A DNA stretch of 64,000 bases. Source: Octopus sinensis. Taxonomy: Eukaryota. The translations under genes were made by a program, and so were the position numbers. The DNA is taken from assembly GCF_006345805.1 (NCBI RefSeq), contig NC_043000.1, positions 22,816,001-22,880,000 of the forward strand. Reading direction: 5' to 3'. Of the stretch, positions 13,817 through 25,889 are shown piece after piece. The first letter of the stretch is position 1; each line of letters opens with the position of its first letter. The notes below the pieces were generated by a model. The model did not search any database and was not told where the DNA came from. It saw nothing but the letters and a program-made list of their open reading frames with translations.

Positions 13817-14587
13817 TAAACCATAGATCATGTGGTCTCCAAGTGCAGTCTTCTAGCGCCTACAGAGTATCTCAACAGGCACGATAGAGCTGCACAATAT
13901 ATTCACTGGGTAATCTGCAAAAACCTGGATTTGCCCCATGAAAAAAACTGGAGGGAACACAAACCACCCCCAGTGCTTGAAAATGACCATATCTCACTCC
14001 TCTGGAACTTCACCATTCAAACTGACAGAAAGATAGATGCAAATAGGCCAGACATCATATTGAAAGACTTCAAACAAAGAACATGCCTACTCATTGATAT
14101 GACTGTCCCAATCGATATAAACGTATCTGTCAAGACCTACCAAAAACTGAGCAAATATAAAGATCTTGAAATAGAAATCAGCAAAATGTGGAACCTGAAG
14201 ACTAAAACAATACCTGTTGTCATAGGTGCCCTGGAAATGATAGCAAAAGGGGCTGATAACTACCTAACTCAGATACCAGGAAAACCCAAAATGGCAGAAA
14301 TTCAAAAGATAGTGCTCATGGGAACTGCTCATATCCTACGCAAAATACTTTCTATGTAATCTCAAGGTTTAAAACAAACATTTTATTTTATTTATTTATT
14401 TATTTTTTTAATAAAAAAAATGTTTTTTAGACATCCACCAGTACAACACAAAAAACAACCAAATATATGGCACACTAGACATAACAACAACGTGAACTTC
14501 CAACCTGTTGTCTCTTGAGGTCTCCGGGTGAGACTTGGAGCCAACTTGTACAAATATAAAGCAAAAGTCAAACATATAATGATGATG

Positions 14588-14588
<1 letters not shown>
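13817..14588 (+). mobile_element. 5'-truncated R4/Dong element with uninterrupted RLE frame (13832-14359) and 3' UTR
   Basis: HVVSKC..RHD..HW..WNFTIQTDRKIDANRPDI..LIDMTVP..KLSKYKDL..PVVIGAL: PD..D restriction-like endonuclease; (TAA)n on both sides. Confidence 0.92.

Positions 14589-14669
<81 letters not shown>
14589..14669. repeat. (TAA)n
   Basis: Seen directly. Confidence 0.95.
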
Positions 14670-15112
14670 GTTCTAGTTAGCTTATTATTGCTTCCTGCAT
14701 TAAATGACTTAACAGTGATGGAACTTGCTTTAATAAAGATTTCATCAAACGATTTTGATAATTTATTAGCTATGACGTCAAAATAGATAAAGAGGTATTT
14801 ACATGGAACATATTAATTACATGAAAAATTACTGAAGAAGAAGAAAAAGAAAACGTAGAGAACACTTATTTTAAAGATAAACACGTCTACACATAAGCAG
14901 CCATTGTGAGGACTTTCGGGTGGTCGACGGGTCTACTAGAAATAGCTGTTAAATCTTCTATAAATTGACACGGATGGAACATCTCCAATTACAAGTTTGC
15001 TTGATTTTAACTTCCAACTTTTTAAACTTCTGCAGCATCATACTAAAGAAAGAATTATATGGATGTAAGCCATGTCTTGCTTTTATCTTCTTATTAAAGA
15101 AGGCGGGGAAAG

Positions 15113-15510
15113 ACAGCGAGCTGGCAGAAACGTTAGCATGCCGGGTGAAATGCGTAGCCGTATTTCGTCTGCCGCTACGTTCTGAGTTCAAATTCCACCG
15201 AGGTCGACTTCGCCTTTCATCCTTTCTGGGTCGATAAATTAAGTACCAGTTACGCACTGGGGTCGATGTAATCGACTTAATCCGTTTGTCTGTCCTTGTT
15301 TGTCCCTTTTGTGTTTAGCCCCTCGTGGGTAGTAAAGAAATAGGTATTTCGTCTGTCTTTAAGTTCTGAGTTCAAATTCCGTCGAGGTCGACTTTGCCTT
15401 TCATCCTTTCGGCGTCGATAAATTAAGTACCAGTTGCATACTGGAGTCAATCTAATCGATTGGCCCACTCCCTCCAAATTTCAGGCTTTGTGCCTAGAGT
15501 AGAAAAGATT
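15113..15510 (+). mobile_element. SINE-B followed by a headless SINE-B' variant with a different tail
   Basis: gcgagctggcagaaacgttagc..gagttcaaattcc..gcctttcatcctttcggggtcgataaattaagtacc; second unit starts at 15343. Confidence 0.88.
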
Positions 15511-16570
15511 AAAGAAGGCAGGGAACAGAAGAAAAGGAAAGAAATCCACGAATATTTTTCTAGTGGTGGTGGTGGTGGTGGTGGTGGTGGTGGTGGTGTG
15601 CGTGTGGGGTCTGTATTTTTTAGTTTGTGCATTGCCGAGTTAACGAAATAAAGTTACAATTTCTTTCGCTGCTATTGCAATCGTTGCCACTGTTAACACA
15701 TTACTGTTACCGCAGAAGATGTAACCGAATATGACTTTGCCTTTCATATCATCAGAATCAATAAATTATATATCAGTTATATTCTGTGGGGGTCGATTCA
15801 GTCGATAACATCCTCTCTTCTACGAATTGGTCTTCTGCCCAGTCAAAAGAAATCAATTAATTATTGGAAGACATTGGTCAAAGCAGCAATTAGAACCACT
15901 TCAAGTATCCACTTCCAGAGCAGCCACATGTAGCCATTAATTGATTTCCATCACTTTTATATCTTACACTTGGAAAACTTTTTGGGTATATGCCATAAAG
16001 CAGTTTCTCCTGGCATCCTAGCATTGATTGTAGCCATATCAAATATATATTAGCATATATCTTGATTATTTTAAAGGCACCATTCTGTATAGATATTCAC
16101 TCTCTCTTGCTTCAGGCTGTATTTTTCATGTTTTGCTCTCAATTTTGTTTTACACCCAACCATGTTTTGCGCACGCAAAAAAGAATATAAATAAGATAAA
16201 ATAAAATAAAATAGAATAAAATAGATGCTAGAGTATATTTCTGTCACGCATAATGATGACTATATTTACTGTGGAAATAGATATGATGCTCTCATTATCT
16301 TATTATATTAATATGGGAGTTGATATGGCTGTGTGGTTGAGAAATTTGCTTCGCAATTGTGAGATTTCTGTTCGATACAATTGCGTTTATTACCACAGCC
16401 AAAGATCGACCAAAGTTCTGTGAATGAAATTTGTGTTGGCAGGGACAGGGTGGAATCTCACCAGAGGAGCTGCTCCTGTTACGTGTGGTGGCTACTATTT
16501 ATTTACTTTATCACCATCATCTGGCACTTTGGGCACATCTAGTAGGATCTAATCTGCAACAAACATTCAG

Positions 16571-16642
16571 GTCGTGTCTCCCATTTGAGAGTAACGTCTT
16601 GCCTGCTCCATCCACCAGTCATGCAAACCCTGAAAATATCAC
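16571..16642 (+). CDS. Possible 72-nt symmetric internal exon
   Basis: cattcag|G acceptor and |GTAAGT donor; length divisible by 3; two frames open; weak polypyrimidine tract. Confidence 0.25.
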
Positions 16643-16767
16643 GTAAGTTGCCCATCTTTCTCTGACTTAGCAATGAACTAAGTGGTGGGGTGTGATGAGT
16701 TTTGTTAGAAACATTTGAATGTTGAAGTAAATTCCTCGCGATATTTTGTTATGTTAAAGTGAATTTA

Positions 16768-17494
16768 CGGTGAAAGGCATGAGTGCACAAAGTGACCTAT
16801 TCCTGAATGTAAAGAAGACAAAGATCTTGGTGGTGGATAAGTACAGGACAGACCAAGGTGACATCACCGTAGACGGAGAGATGATTCAGGAAGTGGATGA
16901 TTTTGTGTACTTGCGATCCACAATCAGCACCAGTGGATCAAGTACACCAGAGATACGGAGAAGGCTCCCGATAGCGATGCAAGCGGTACAAGATATGGAG
17001 CATATCTGGAAGAGTCGTCGCGTGTCAATGCTGCTGAAGATAAGGCTACTTCGTCCTGCCGCTTTCTCTATTGTGACGTACGGCTGCGAGTCGTGGACAA
17101 TGTTGAAGGCAGACGAGAAAAGAGTGAGCGCTTTTGAAATGTGGTGTTACCGCAGAATCCTTAGAGTTTCGAGGACGGAGAGAAGGACGAACAACTGGGT
17201 ACTAGAAAAGCTCGGTTGCGAGATGACGCTTCGGCGAAACATCATGAAGTGGAAGCTAAGGTTCTTTGGCCACGTCATGCGCCGGGATGGACTTGAGTGA
17301 ACGATCATAACTGGCAAGGTGAACGGCAGACGTAAAAGAGGCAGACCAACCACTACTTGGCTGAAAGACATCACAGCCACAGGATTGTCTTTATTCTCAG
17401 CTGTCCATGGGGTAAAGGACAGGAGAAGGTGGTAAGACATCGTGATCACCACAGCATTGCATAGTGCGACACCTGACTATGATGATGATGATGG
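16768..17494 (+). mobile_element. 5'-truncated RTE (BovB-like) LINE with 12-bp TSD
   Basis: LNVKKTK..FVYL..YGCESWT..FEMWCYRRILR..FFGHVMRR..GRRKRGRP; (ATG)n tail; aaagtgaattta at 16756-16767 and 17495-17506. Confidence 0.93.
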
Positions 17495-17548
17495 AAAGTG
17501 AATTTAATGATTCTGTCAGCCTGTTGGAAGAATCGTTAGCTTGCCGGC

Positions 17549-18613
17549 GACGATGTGGTATCAAAACGTTTTCGGACTATTTCTGTAGTGCACCAATAGA
17601 TGTGTGGGCAGTGAGAGCAAGTAGTGACCTTCATGAGGCAGTGTGCTGAGTGACAATGCTGTGTTTAATTCGCAAGTTGTGAAATTTGTGGCTTGTGATA
17701 ACGTGTAAGCTGTATTCTGGGTTTTTTGTCATGGACAGGAAGTTGGAACAAAGAACCAACGTGAAACTTTGCGCTAAACTTGGGAAGTCTATTACAGAGA
17801 CATTGAGCATGCTTCGGCAAGCTTACGGTGATGAAATAATGGGTCGTACGCAAATTTTCGAGTTGCTCGGACGCTTCAAAAGCGACAGAATGTCCCTGGA
17901 AAACGATGAGCAATCTGGAAGCCCTGTCACGAGCGCCATCTACCGGAAATGTGGAGAAAATTCATCAGCTTATGAATGAGGATCGTCGGAGGACAATCAA
18001 CAACGTTTTGAAGCGTTTGAGGGGGGGGGGACATTCGGTGAAAGCGACCAGATCTGTGGAGCGCAAAGAAGTAGATTCTTTACGACGGCAATGTACCCTG
18101 TCACCAAGCTCTCCTTATTCATGAGTTTCTCGCCAAAGACAACATGGTATCGCTTCCGTACCCACCCTATTCGCCAGATTTAGCGCCTGCGAACTTGCAT
18201 CTCTTCCCCAAAATGAAAATTCAGTTCAAAGTCGCCGTTTTAACACCGTTGTCGAGATCAAGAGCGAATCGCAGAAAGCCCCCGACTCATTCACTGAAAA
18301 CGATTTCCTGGCTAGATTCCAAAACGGGCAGAAACTCTGGGATCCGGTGTATTGCTGCGCAAGGTGACTATTTCGGAGGAGATGATGTTAAAACTGAGGT
18401 GAATAACTTTTTTTTTATTAAACATAAGTAGGCGCAAGAGTGGCTGTGTGGTAAGTAGCTTGCTTACCAACCACATGGTTCCGGTTCAGTCTCACTGCGT
18501 GGCACCTTGGGCAAGTGTCTTCTGCTATAACCTCAGGCCGACCAAAGCATTGTGAGTGGATTTGGTAGACGGAAACTGAAAGAAGCCCGGCGTATATATA
18601 TATATATATGTGT

Positions 18614-18645
<32 letters not shown>

Positions 18646-18896
18646 ATGCGTGTGTGTGTAGTCCCCCCTCCCAAAATCGCTTGACAGCCGATGCTGGTGC
18701 GTTTACGTCCCCGTAACTTAGCGGTTCGGCAAAAAGATACCGATAAAATAAGTACTAGTCTTACAAAGAGTAAGTCCTGGGTTCGATTTGTTCGACTAAA
18801 GGCGGCGCTCTAGCATGGCCGCAGTCAAGCGACTGAACAAGTAAAAGAATAAAATAATAAAAGAAAAGTCCAAGAACATTTAGATACCACTTCATA
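17549..18896 (+). mobile_element. Mariner-family DNA transposon, internally deleted
   Basis: EQRTNVKLCAKLGKSITETLSMLRQAYG (HTH region) and PYSPDLAP motif; ~30-bp imperfect TIRs at 17549-17578 and 18867-18896. Confidence 0.85.
18430..18866 (+). mobile_element. SINE-A nested in the mariner
   Basis: Full family consensus. Confidence 0.92.
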
Positions 18897-19020
18897 TTTC
18901 GTCCGTTTTTACGTTCTGAGTTCAAATTATGCCGAGTTCTTCTTTGCTTTTCATCCTTTCGGGGTTGATAAAATAAGTACCATTTGAGTACTGGGGTCGA
19001 TGTAATTGACTTAAATTCTC
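18897..19020 (+). mobile_element. SINE-B fragment
   Basis: acgttctgagttcaaatt..tttcatcctttcggggttgataaa. Confidence 0.75.
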
Positions 19021-19571
19021 CTGGGTATGAATATATATCTATCTAAAAAAAAAAACTGCATCTCTCTATCAAACCGTGTTGAACCAGTGTGACAGGATAG
19101 GATCATCAAATCACTATGATCTCTGATGGAGATCACATGCTGAGGCCTTTGTCATCAAGTGGACTGAACATGGGCTAGCTTATCCAATTCAATGAAATCG
19201 AACTGAATTTCAAATCCCGCCCGGACTTTGGCCTCCGACCCCCACCCGTGTCGGTAAAACTATGTACCAATGCTATACTTTATCGAACGCGCGCCTCCAT
19301 TCTGACTATATATTTTGTTGCCATGTGCCAAAATTAGAAATCAATATGAATAGCATGTGTATGTATGCATATATGTATGTATGTATGTATGCATGTGTTT
19401 ATGTAAGAATGTCTGTCTGTCTATCTGTCTGTCTGCCTGTCTGTCCGTCTCTCTGTCTGTGTGTATGTGTGTGTGTATGTATGTATGTATGTATGTATGT
19501 ATGTATGTATGCATGTATGTATGTATATATGTATGTATGTATATATGTATGTATGTATATATGTATGTATG

Positions 19572-19605
<34 letters not shown>

Positions 19606-19663
19606 TGTGTGTGTGTATAGAGAGAGTGAAAAAGAAAATAGAAAGATTGATAGATAGACAGAC

Positions 19664-19714
<51 letters not shown>

Positions 19715-19855
19715 TAGATAGATAGAAGGAGAGGGAGAAAGAGAAACTAACAAACTGACAAATAGACATTTGTCTGAAGAAGATACCGTGAACATTATTA
19801 TCATAAAAACGACGACATGAAAGGGACTTTATTACTATTGTTATTACTATTGTTG

Positions 19856-19897
<42 letters not shown>

Positions 19898-20390
19898 TAT
19901 TATTATTATTATTATATTATTATTATTATTTTCATGTATTATTTATTTATAAATTCACATATATTTTTTTTTAATGTTATTTTGTTATTGAGTTCCTGCC
20001 AAACACAAAATCTTTATTCTCCAAAGCACATTTAATGCGAACAAAATCTACCAAGAACGAGAAGTTGATAGAAGCCTTACAGCGCTAGAATTAATGATTC
20101 ACAATGTTTAGTTTCATCTCCATTTATTCAGAGTTCAAACTCCAGCAAGGTAGACTCTTCCCCACGGTATACATAATGTCCTTTCAATCAATTATATTAT
20201 TCATCTTAGGATGAATCGTTCTTGAGTAGAAAGCAATAAAAGTTTGGCCAATACACAGGAGGTCTTTACGATCACTGGACTTGCTACAAATAGCAGTCAA
20301 ATTCTTCGTAAATAACACGCTACTATCTAAAGAAAGAAGGCCATTTTAGACAAAGAAGTTTATAGTTTTATAGGTATAGTTTTAGTTAAG

Positions 20391-20592
20391 GCGGTAAACT
20401 GGCACGCCGAACAAACTGCGTAACGGCATTTCTTCCGGCTTACGTTCTGTGTTCAAATTCAGTCGAGGTCAACTTTGCCTTTCATACTTTCGGATTTCAA
20501 TAAAATAAGTACCAGTTGAGCCTTGTGGGGTCGATGTATCCGACTTACCGCTTCCGTAAAATTTCTGGCCTTGTCCCAAATTTGAAAAGTTT
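20391..20592 (+). mobile_element. SINE-B' variant
   Basis: Family head and core; tail ggccttgtcccaaatttgaaa. Confidence 0.75.
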
Positions 20593-20724
20593 ATTACAGT
20601 TTATTAAATTTGAAAAGCTATTATAGTTTGAGTATGCACTGCTCACTTTCCCCACGTAGACAGCATGATATTGCGTAAATATGCCTTACGATGTTATGAG
20701 TCCTTGATGAATTTGTAAGGGCCT

Positions 20725-21315
20725 TAATTGATGTTTTTTTACCAACGGTTGTAATGGATCCTCTCACGGACGAGGGTGTGTCCTTTTAATTGATGTTTTT
20801 CCAACGGTTATAATGGATTCTCTCACAGACGAGGGTGTGTCCTTTTAATTGATGTTTTTTTCAGCGGTTATAATGAATCCTCTCACAGACGAGGGCGTGT
20901 CCTTTTAATTGATGTTTTTCCCAACGGTTATAATGGATCCTCTCACAGACGAGGGCGTGTCCTTTTAATTGATGTTTTTTTCCAACGGTTGTAATGGATC
21001 TTCTCACGGACGAGGGCGTGACCTTTTAATTGATGTTTTTTCCAACGGTTGTAATGGATCCTCTCACGGACGAGGATGTGTCCTTTTAATTGATGTTTTT
21101 TTCCAACGGTTATAATGGATCCTCTCACGGACGAGGGCGTGACCTTTTAATTGATGTTTTTTCCAACGGTTGTAATGGATCCTCTCACGGACGAGGGCGT
21201 GTCCTTTTAATTGATGTTTTTTCCAACGGTTATAATGGATCCTCTCACAGACGAGGGCGTGTCCTTTTAGTTGATGTTTTTTCCAACGGTTGTAATGGAT
21301 CATCTCACGCCCTCG
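20725..21315. repeat. Minisatellite, ~60-bp unit, ~9.7 copies, flanked by a 13-bp direct repeat
   Basis: Unit ttttaattgatgttttttccaacggtt(a/g)taatggatcctctcac(g/a)gacgagggcgtgtcc; tttgtaagggcct at 20712-20724 and 21316-21328. Confidence 0.95.
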
Positions 21316-21788
21316 TTTGTAAGGGCCTGTTGTGACGAACGGCGTATCTTCAGCTTCATAGATCTGACCGAGCCCGTCCCTCTCCAGCTCTGATCGTAAC
21401 CGGTTTCTTTCAGAAGAGAAAAACAGACGGAAAGAGACAAGTAAGAGAAGACTTGACCTCAGTACAAGATTGGTATGTTATCTATGGATTCCGGAAGAAT
21501 GAAATACAGGGCCAAAGAGCGTGGTGATAGTGATAAACTAAATGTTGAATTGTGGCCACGACTCAGGAACAGCCCCTCCGGTGAAATTCCTCCCAGTTTC
21601 CGTCAATACAAAATTCAGTCACAGGACTTTGGTCGATCTTAGGATATGGTAATAAAAGCAATTGTATCGAACCTGAATTCTCACAATTGCAGAGCGCCAG
21701 AGCGATTACCACACAGCAATCTATTAAACAACCCTCTAACGACTCTGGCAATTGGTTTTTATATATATGTATGTAAATATGTATGTAA

Positions 21789-21819
<31 letters not shown>

Positions 21820-21845
21820 TGTATGTATGTATGTATGTATGTATG

Positions 21846-21923
<78 letters not shown>

Positions 21924-21926
<3 letters not shown>

Positions 21927-22080
21927 CAAATTGGGACAAGAACGCAAATCATCCGGACAACTAAGTGATACAAAAGGGAACAGTAAAACATCCGGATAGA
22001 CGATACAAATAAACAAGAACGGGTCATTCGAAGCTTTCTATCCTCAGTCAAGAACCAGATCATCCTCGCAATTTCGAAAC
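21924..22080. mobile_element. Short dispersed repeat (probable Penelope terminal fragment); related copy at ~47125-47345
   Basis: tgggacaagaacgcaa..catcc(g/a)gacagacgatacaa..tatcctcagtcaag shared by both loci, both next to (TA)n. Confidence 0.5.
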
Positions 22081-22543
22081 ACATACATACGTACATACAT
22101 ACTTACATATACATACATATCCAATACGTAATTGGTGGGTACACACACGTACACACATACACATACGCATGTATGTATGTATGTATATGTATGTATACAC
22201 TAAATACATACGTGCACGTATGAATCAATGTATGTGTGTATGTTTATGTATAGACACACACGCGCACACAAATACACACACAAGCAAACACATACGCACA
22301 CACCCACTCGCACGCACACACACACAGGTACTCGCACGCACACGCATTTAATCAAAGGTGAATCAAGTGAGTCGCTACTTGCAGTTTCTTATTTCCAATT
22401 CTTAAGCAATCGAAACATTATTCCATTCCATCTAACACACTGTTGAGTACTTACTTTCGCTCAATTGCACTTCTGCACTTCACACCACTAATCATTACAT
22501 ATATACACACATACATACATACACACACACCCACACATACATA

Positions 22544-22642
<99 letters not shown>

Positions 22643-22721
22643 CATACATATACCCACCCACGCATACATACATACATACACCCACACATATATATACATA
22701 CACATAATATATGTATATGAG

Positions 22722-22838
<117 letters not shown>

Positions 22839-22857
22839 TATATAATATATATATATA

Positions 22858-22895
<38 letters not shown>

Positions 22896-22976
22896 TATAT
22901 TATTATATATATAACGCAATGAATACAGAAATATTATAAACATATGATATATATAAATATATATATATATACACAC

Positions 22977-23009
<33 letters not shown>

Positions 23010-23659
23010 TCTATCTATACATACATACATACATACATACATACATACATACATACACACACATACATACATACATGCATACATACGTACATACATGCGC
23101 ACACTTATGTATATGTGTTTGCACACGGACGTCACAACTTTTCCACCTGATTAGTGCTGGATCAAGTAAATGTCACCGAAAGAGACATTAAAAACACAGT
23201 ATTGTTATGAAGAACTCTTACCAGCTCAACACTAGACAACAACGCGGGCAGTAAACTGATTTGACCTACTGTTCCTTATCACCACAACACACATTTACTA
23301 AAGACTGTGACATTTGTCTCAGACCGCATAGTTGTTGATGTTTAACCCCAGGCTTGCGCTGGTCTAACAGACCTACGACATACAGCTAGACGGCCGAATC
23401 GGTTTTTCCAGTTATATCATGTTTCTGCTTTGTCGAGAAGCCGTACTACAAACTCCGACAAACAGCGATTCATTGTATGAAATACAATGCGACAACTTGG
23501 GCATGTTTTATTCTCTTCATTCTCGTCCCTCTCCAGTTATTTACAGCGGAAGTAGACAAGATGGACTTAGTCAAAGCGCAACCTTGGGTGTTGGTTTGCA
23601 CTTATTGTTTATGGTATCAGTCCCAACACAATATTTATTTCTATGTTTATGATTTCTTC

Positions 23660-23689
23660 ATGGCAGTCTGAGGGGAAGATGAAGGTTTG

Positions 23690-23722
<33 letters not shown>

Positions 23723-23936
23723 GTTGTTGTTGTTAAGCAACAAGACGGGTAAGGGTGATTAGGTGATGGTCTAGGGCTTAGGGGCGGGAGACCCCAGACC
23801 CTGGAAAAAAACTTTGGTCGTCTTGTTGTAGTCGAGGGCTCTTCATTGACGCCCGACACCGCTGGGAGGTGGCCCTCGAAGTCGCTGGAAATGGAGATCT
23901 CCAGGACCAAATTCTTGGACGGCTGCTGCTGCTGCT
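23660..23936. CDS. GC-rich unique island with open frames on both strands; possible exon
   Basis: Minus frame QQQQPSKNLVLEISISSDFEGHLP..MKKS* after a cttcag acceptor; plus strand ATG(CTG)9..GAC GG|GTAAGG; no family recognised. Confidence 0.3.
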
Positions 23937-23939
23937 GAA

Positions 23940-23974
<35 letters not shown>

Positions 23975-23976
<2 letters not shown>

Positions 23977-24180
23977 TAGTTGGAATTTACAAAAAAAACC
24001 CAAAAGCAAAAGACGAGGAAAGGTGTGTAAACAACAAACAGGTGTATTAGTTGAACGCTCGAGAAGGTGAGAAAGTCATTTACATTTCGAGCCTACGCTC
24101 TTCAACAGAAAGGAACACGAGAAAATAAACAGAGAGAGAATAAAAAAAAGCTTTAGTGGCTAGCGGTCGATCATGGCGAT
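23975..24180 (-). mobile_element. Penelope-type terminal repeat fragment with a degenerate hammerhead (24077-24112)
   Basis: Minus: CTTT CTGTTGA A GAGC-GTAG-GCTC GAAATGTA; related copies at 24400-24605, 31540-31720, 59290-59495. Confidence 0.6.
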
Positions 24181-24190
24181 TGCTGGACAG

Positions 24191-24221
<31 letters not shown>

Positions 24222-24399
24222 TGTATGTATGTATGTATGTATGTATGTATGTATGTATGTATGTATGCATGTATGCATGTATGTATGTATGTATGTATGT
24301 ATGCATGTATGCATGTATGTATGTATGTATGTATGTATGTATGTATGTATGTATGTATGTATGTATGCATGTATGTATATATAACTACAATTCAACGTG

Positions 24400-24605
24400 T
24401 ACAACCGTTAATACCGACATATTTTTTCCCTCACCGCTTTCTTCCCTCCGTCTGTTTTCTCCCTTCATCCTTCCTGTAGAAGAGTGTAGGCTCGAAACGT
24501 CAAAAGTTCTTCCATTTTTCCCGAGCATCAAACTAATATACCTTGTTTGTTGTTCCCTTCCCTGTCTCTGCCTTTTGTTTTTTGTTTTTTCTTTGTACAA
24601 TTTTG
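24400..24605 (+). mobile_element. Penelope-type terminal repeat fragment with hammerhead-like core (24474-24505)
   Basis: CTGTAGA A GAGT-GTAG-GCTC GAAACGTC; inverted relative to 23975-24180. Confidence 0.55.
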
Positions 24606-24860
24606 AATCATATATATATATATATATAACTCAATAGTGGTATTGAAACCAGTAGTTTGCTATAACCAGCAGTATATTTCCCGACGGTATATATATATGA
24701 ACAAATGTGCAAAGGAATATTTGTCACTGAAGGGACCAAATGAGATCGAAACACCAGTGTCTGACAATCTGTCGATGATATTCTGAGTGACCTGTATTTT
24801 TTAGTACACAAGTTTCTTTCAAAATATTACAGCAATGTCTTTCTACATTTATATATACTT

Positions 24861-25243
24861 TGGAAGCACTCCGTCGGTTATGATGACGAGGGTTCCGGTT
24901 GATCCGATCAACGGAACAGCCTGCTCGTGAAATTAACGTGTAAGTGGTTGAGCACTCCACAGAAAACGTGTACCCTTAACGTAGTTCTCGGGGATATTCA
25001 GCGTGACACAGAGAGTGACAAGGCCGGCCCTTTGAAATACAGGTACAACAGAAACAGGAAGTAAGAGTGAGAGAAAGTTGTGGTGAAAGAGTACAGTAGG
25101 GATCATCACCATCCCCTGCCGGAGCCTCGTGAAGCTTTTAGGTATTTTCGCTCAATAAACACTCACAACGCCCGGTCTGGGAATCGAAACCGCGATCCTA
25201 CGACCGCAAGTCCGCTGCCCTAACCACTGGGCCATTGCGCCTC
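24861..25243 (-). mobile_element. SINE-C, full length
   Basis: Reverse complement matches 61648-62029. Confidence 0.92.
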
Positions 25244-25889
25244 TATATATACTTTAGAAGTGTCCCAAATGTGTATATCAATTTAATTCTAGCCTGGTTA
25301 TCTTTTGCACAAATCAGTAAATGCTTTGTTTACCAACTTCTATATCAGAGCAAGCATTTTTCGATTTACCTCAGAACGTCAGAGTTATTTGCCACTGAGG
25401 AAACCACTTCAAATCGAAATACGGTGTCTGGCGATCCATTAACATTCTGAGTGAAGCTCTGTTTTTTTTTTAACACTCAATTCTCTTTAAAAAGTTTCTC
25501 TGAGACAAAATACTATAGCTAGTGCCGTTCCAAGTTTGTATATGCATTATAAATATTATATATACCGTTGTTGAAAGAGTGCTTTAGAGCAGTGATCCTA
25601 AAACTTATGAATAACAAGCCATTACCACACAAAAATATTAGTAAAATTGTTATACACGTCTTCCTCTTTATTAGAAAGATTTCGTATCCATATAATTCAA
25701 CTTTTTTCGTCGTTGTGCTTAAAAGAAGTTTAAAATCATCTTTGTTATATTAAACATAACAATTTGTCTATCTCTCTTCAGGCCTTTCACCTTCATGACA
25801 AAATCTAGTCTAAGATATCGATGGTAAATAATGTTTTTGTCGTTTGGTATAAACTTTATGGATGGTAATGTCCAGTGGTGTGTCTAGGG

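Noticed and set aside
20725-21315. CRISPR array or zinc-finger-like repeat protein (ORF 21064-21303, HQLKGH repeats)
   Set aside because: No unique spacers, eukaryotic context, no cas genes. Unit length varies 59-61 bp so the frame is not kept, and there are no Cys pairs.
22015-22060. Hammerhead in the CTGAGGA..GAA motif (also ~47225-47260)
   Set aside because: Core present but no convincing stem I or stem II pairing.
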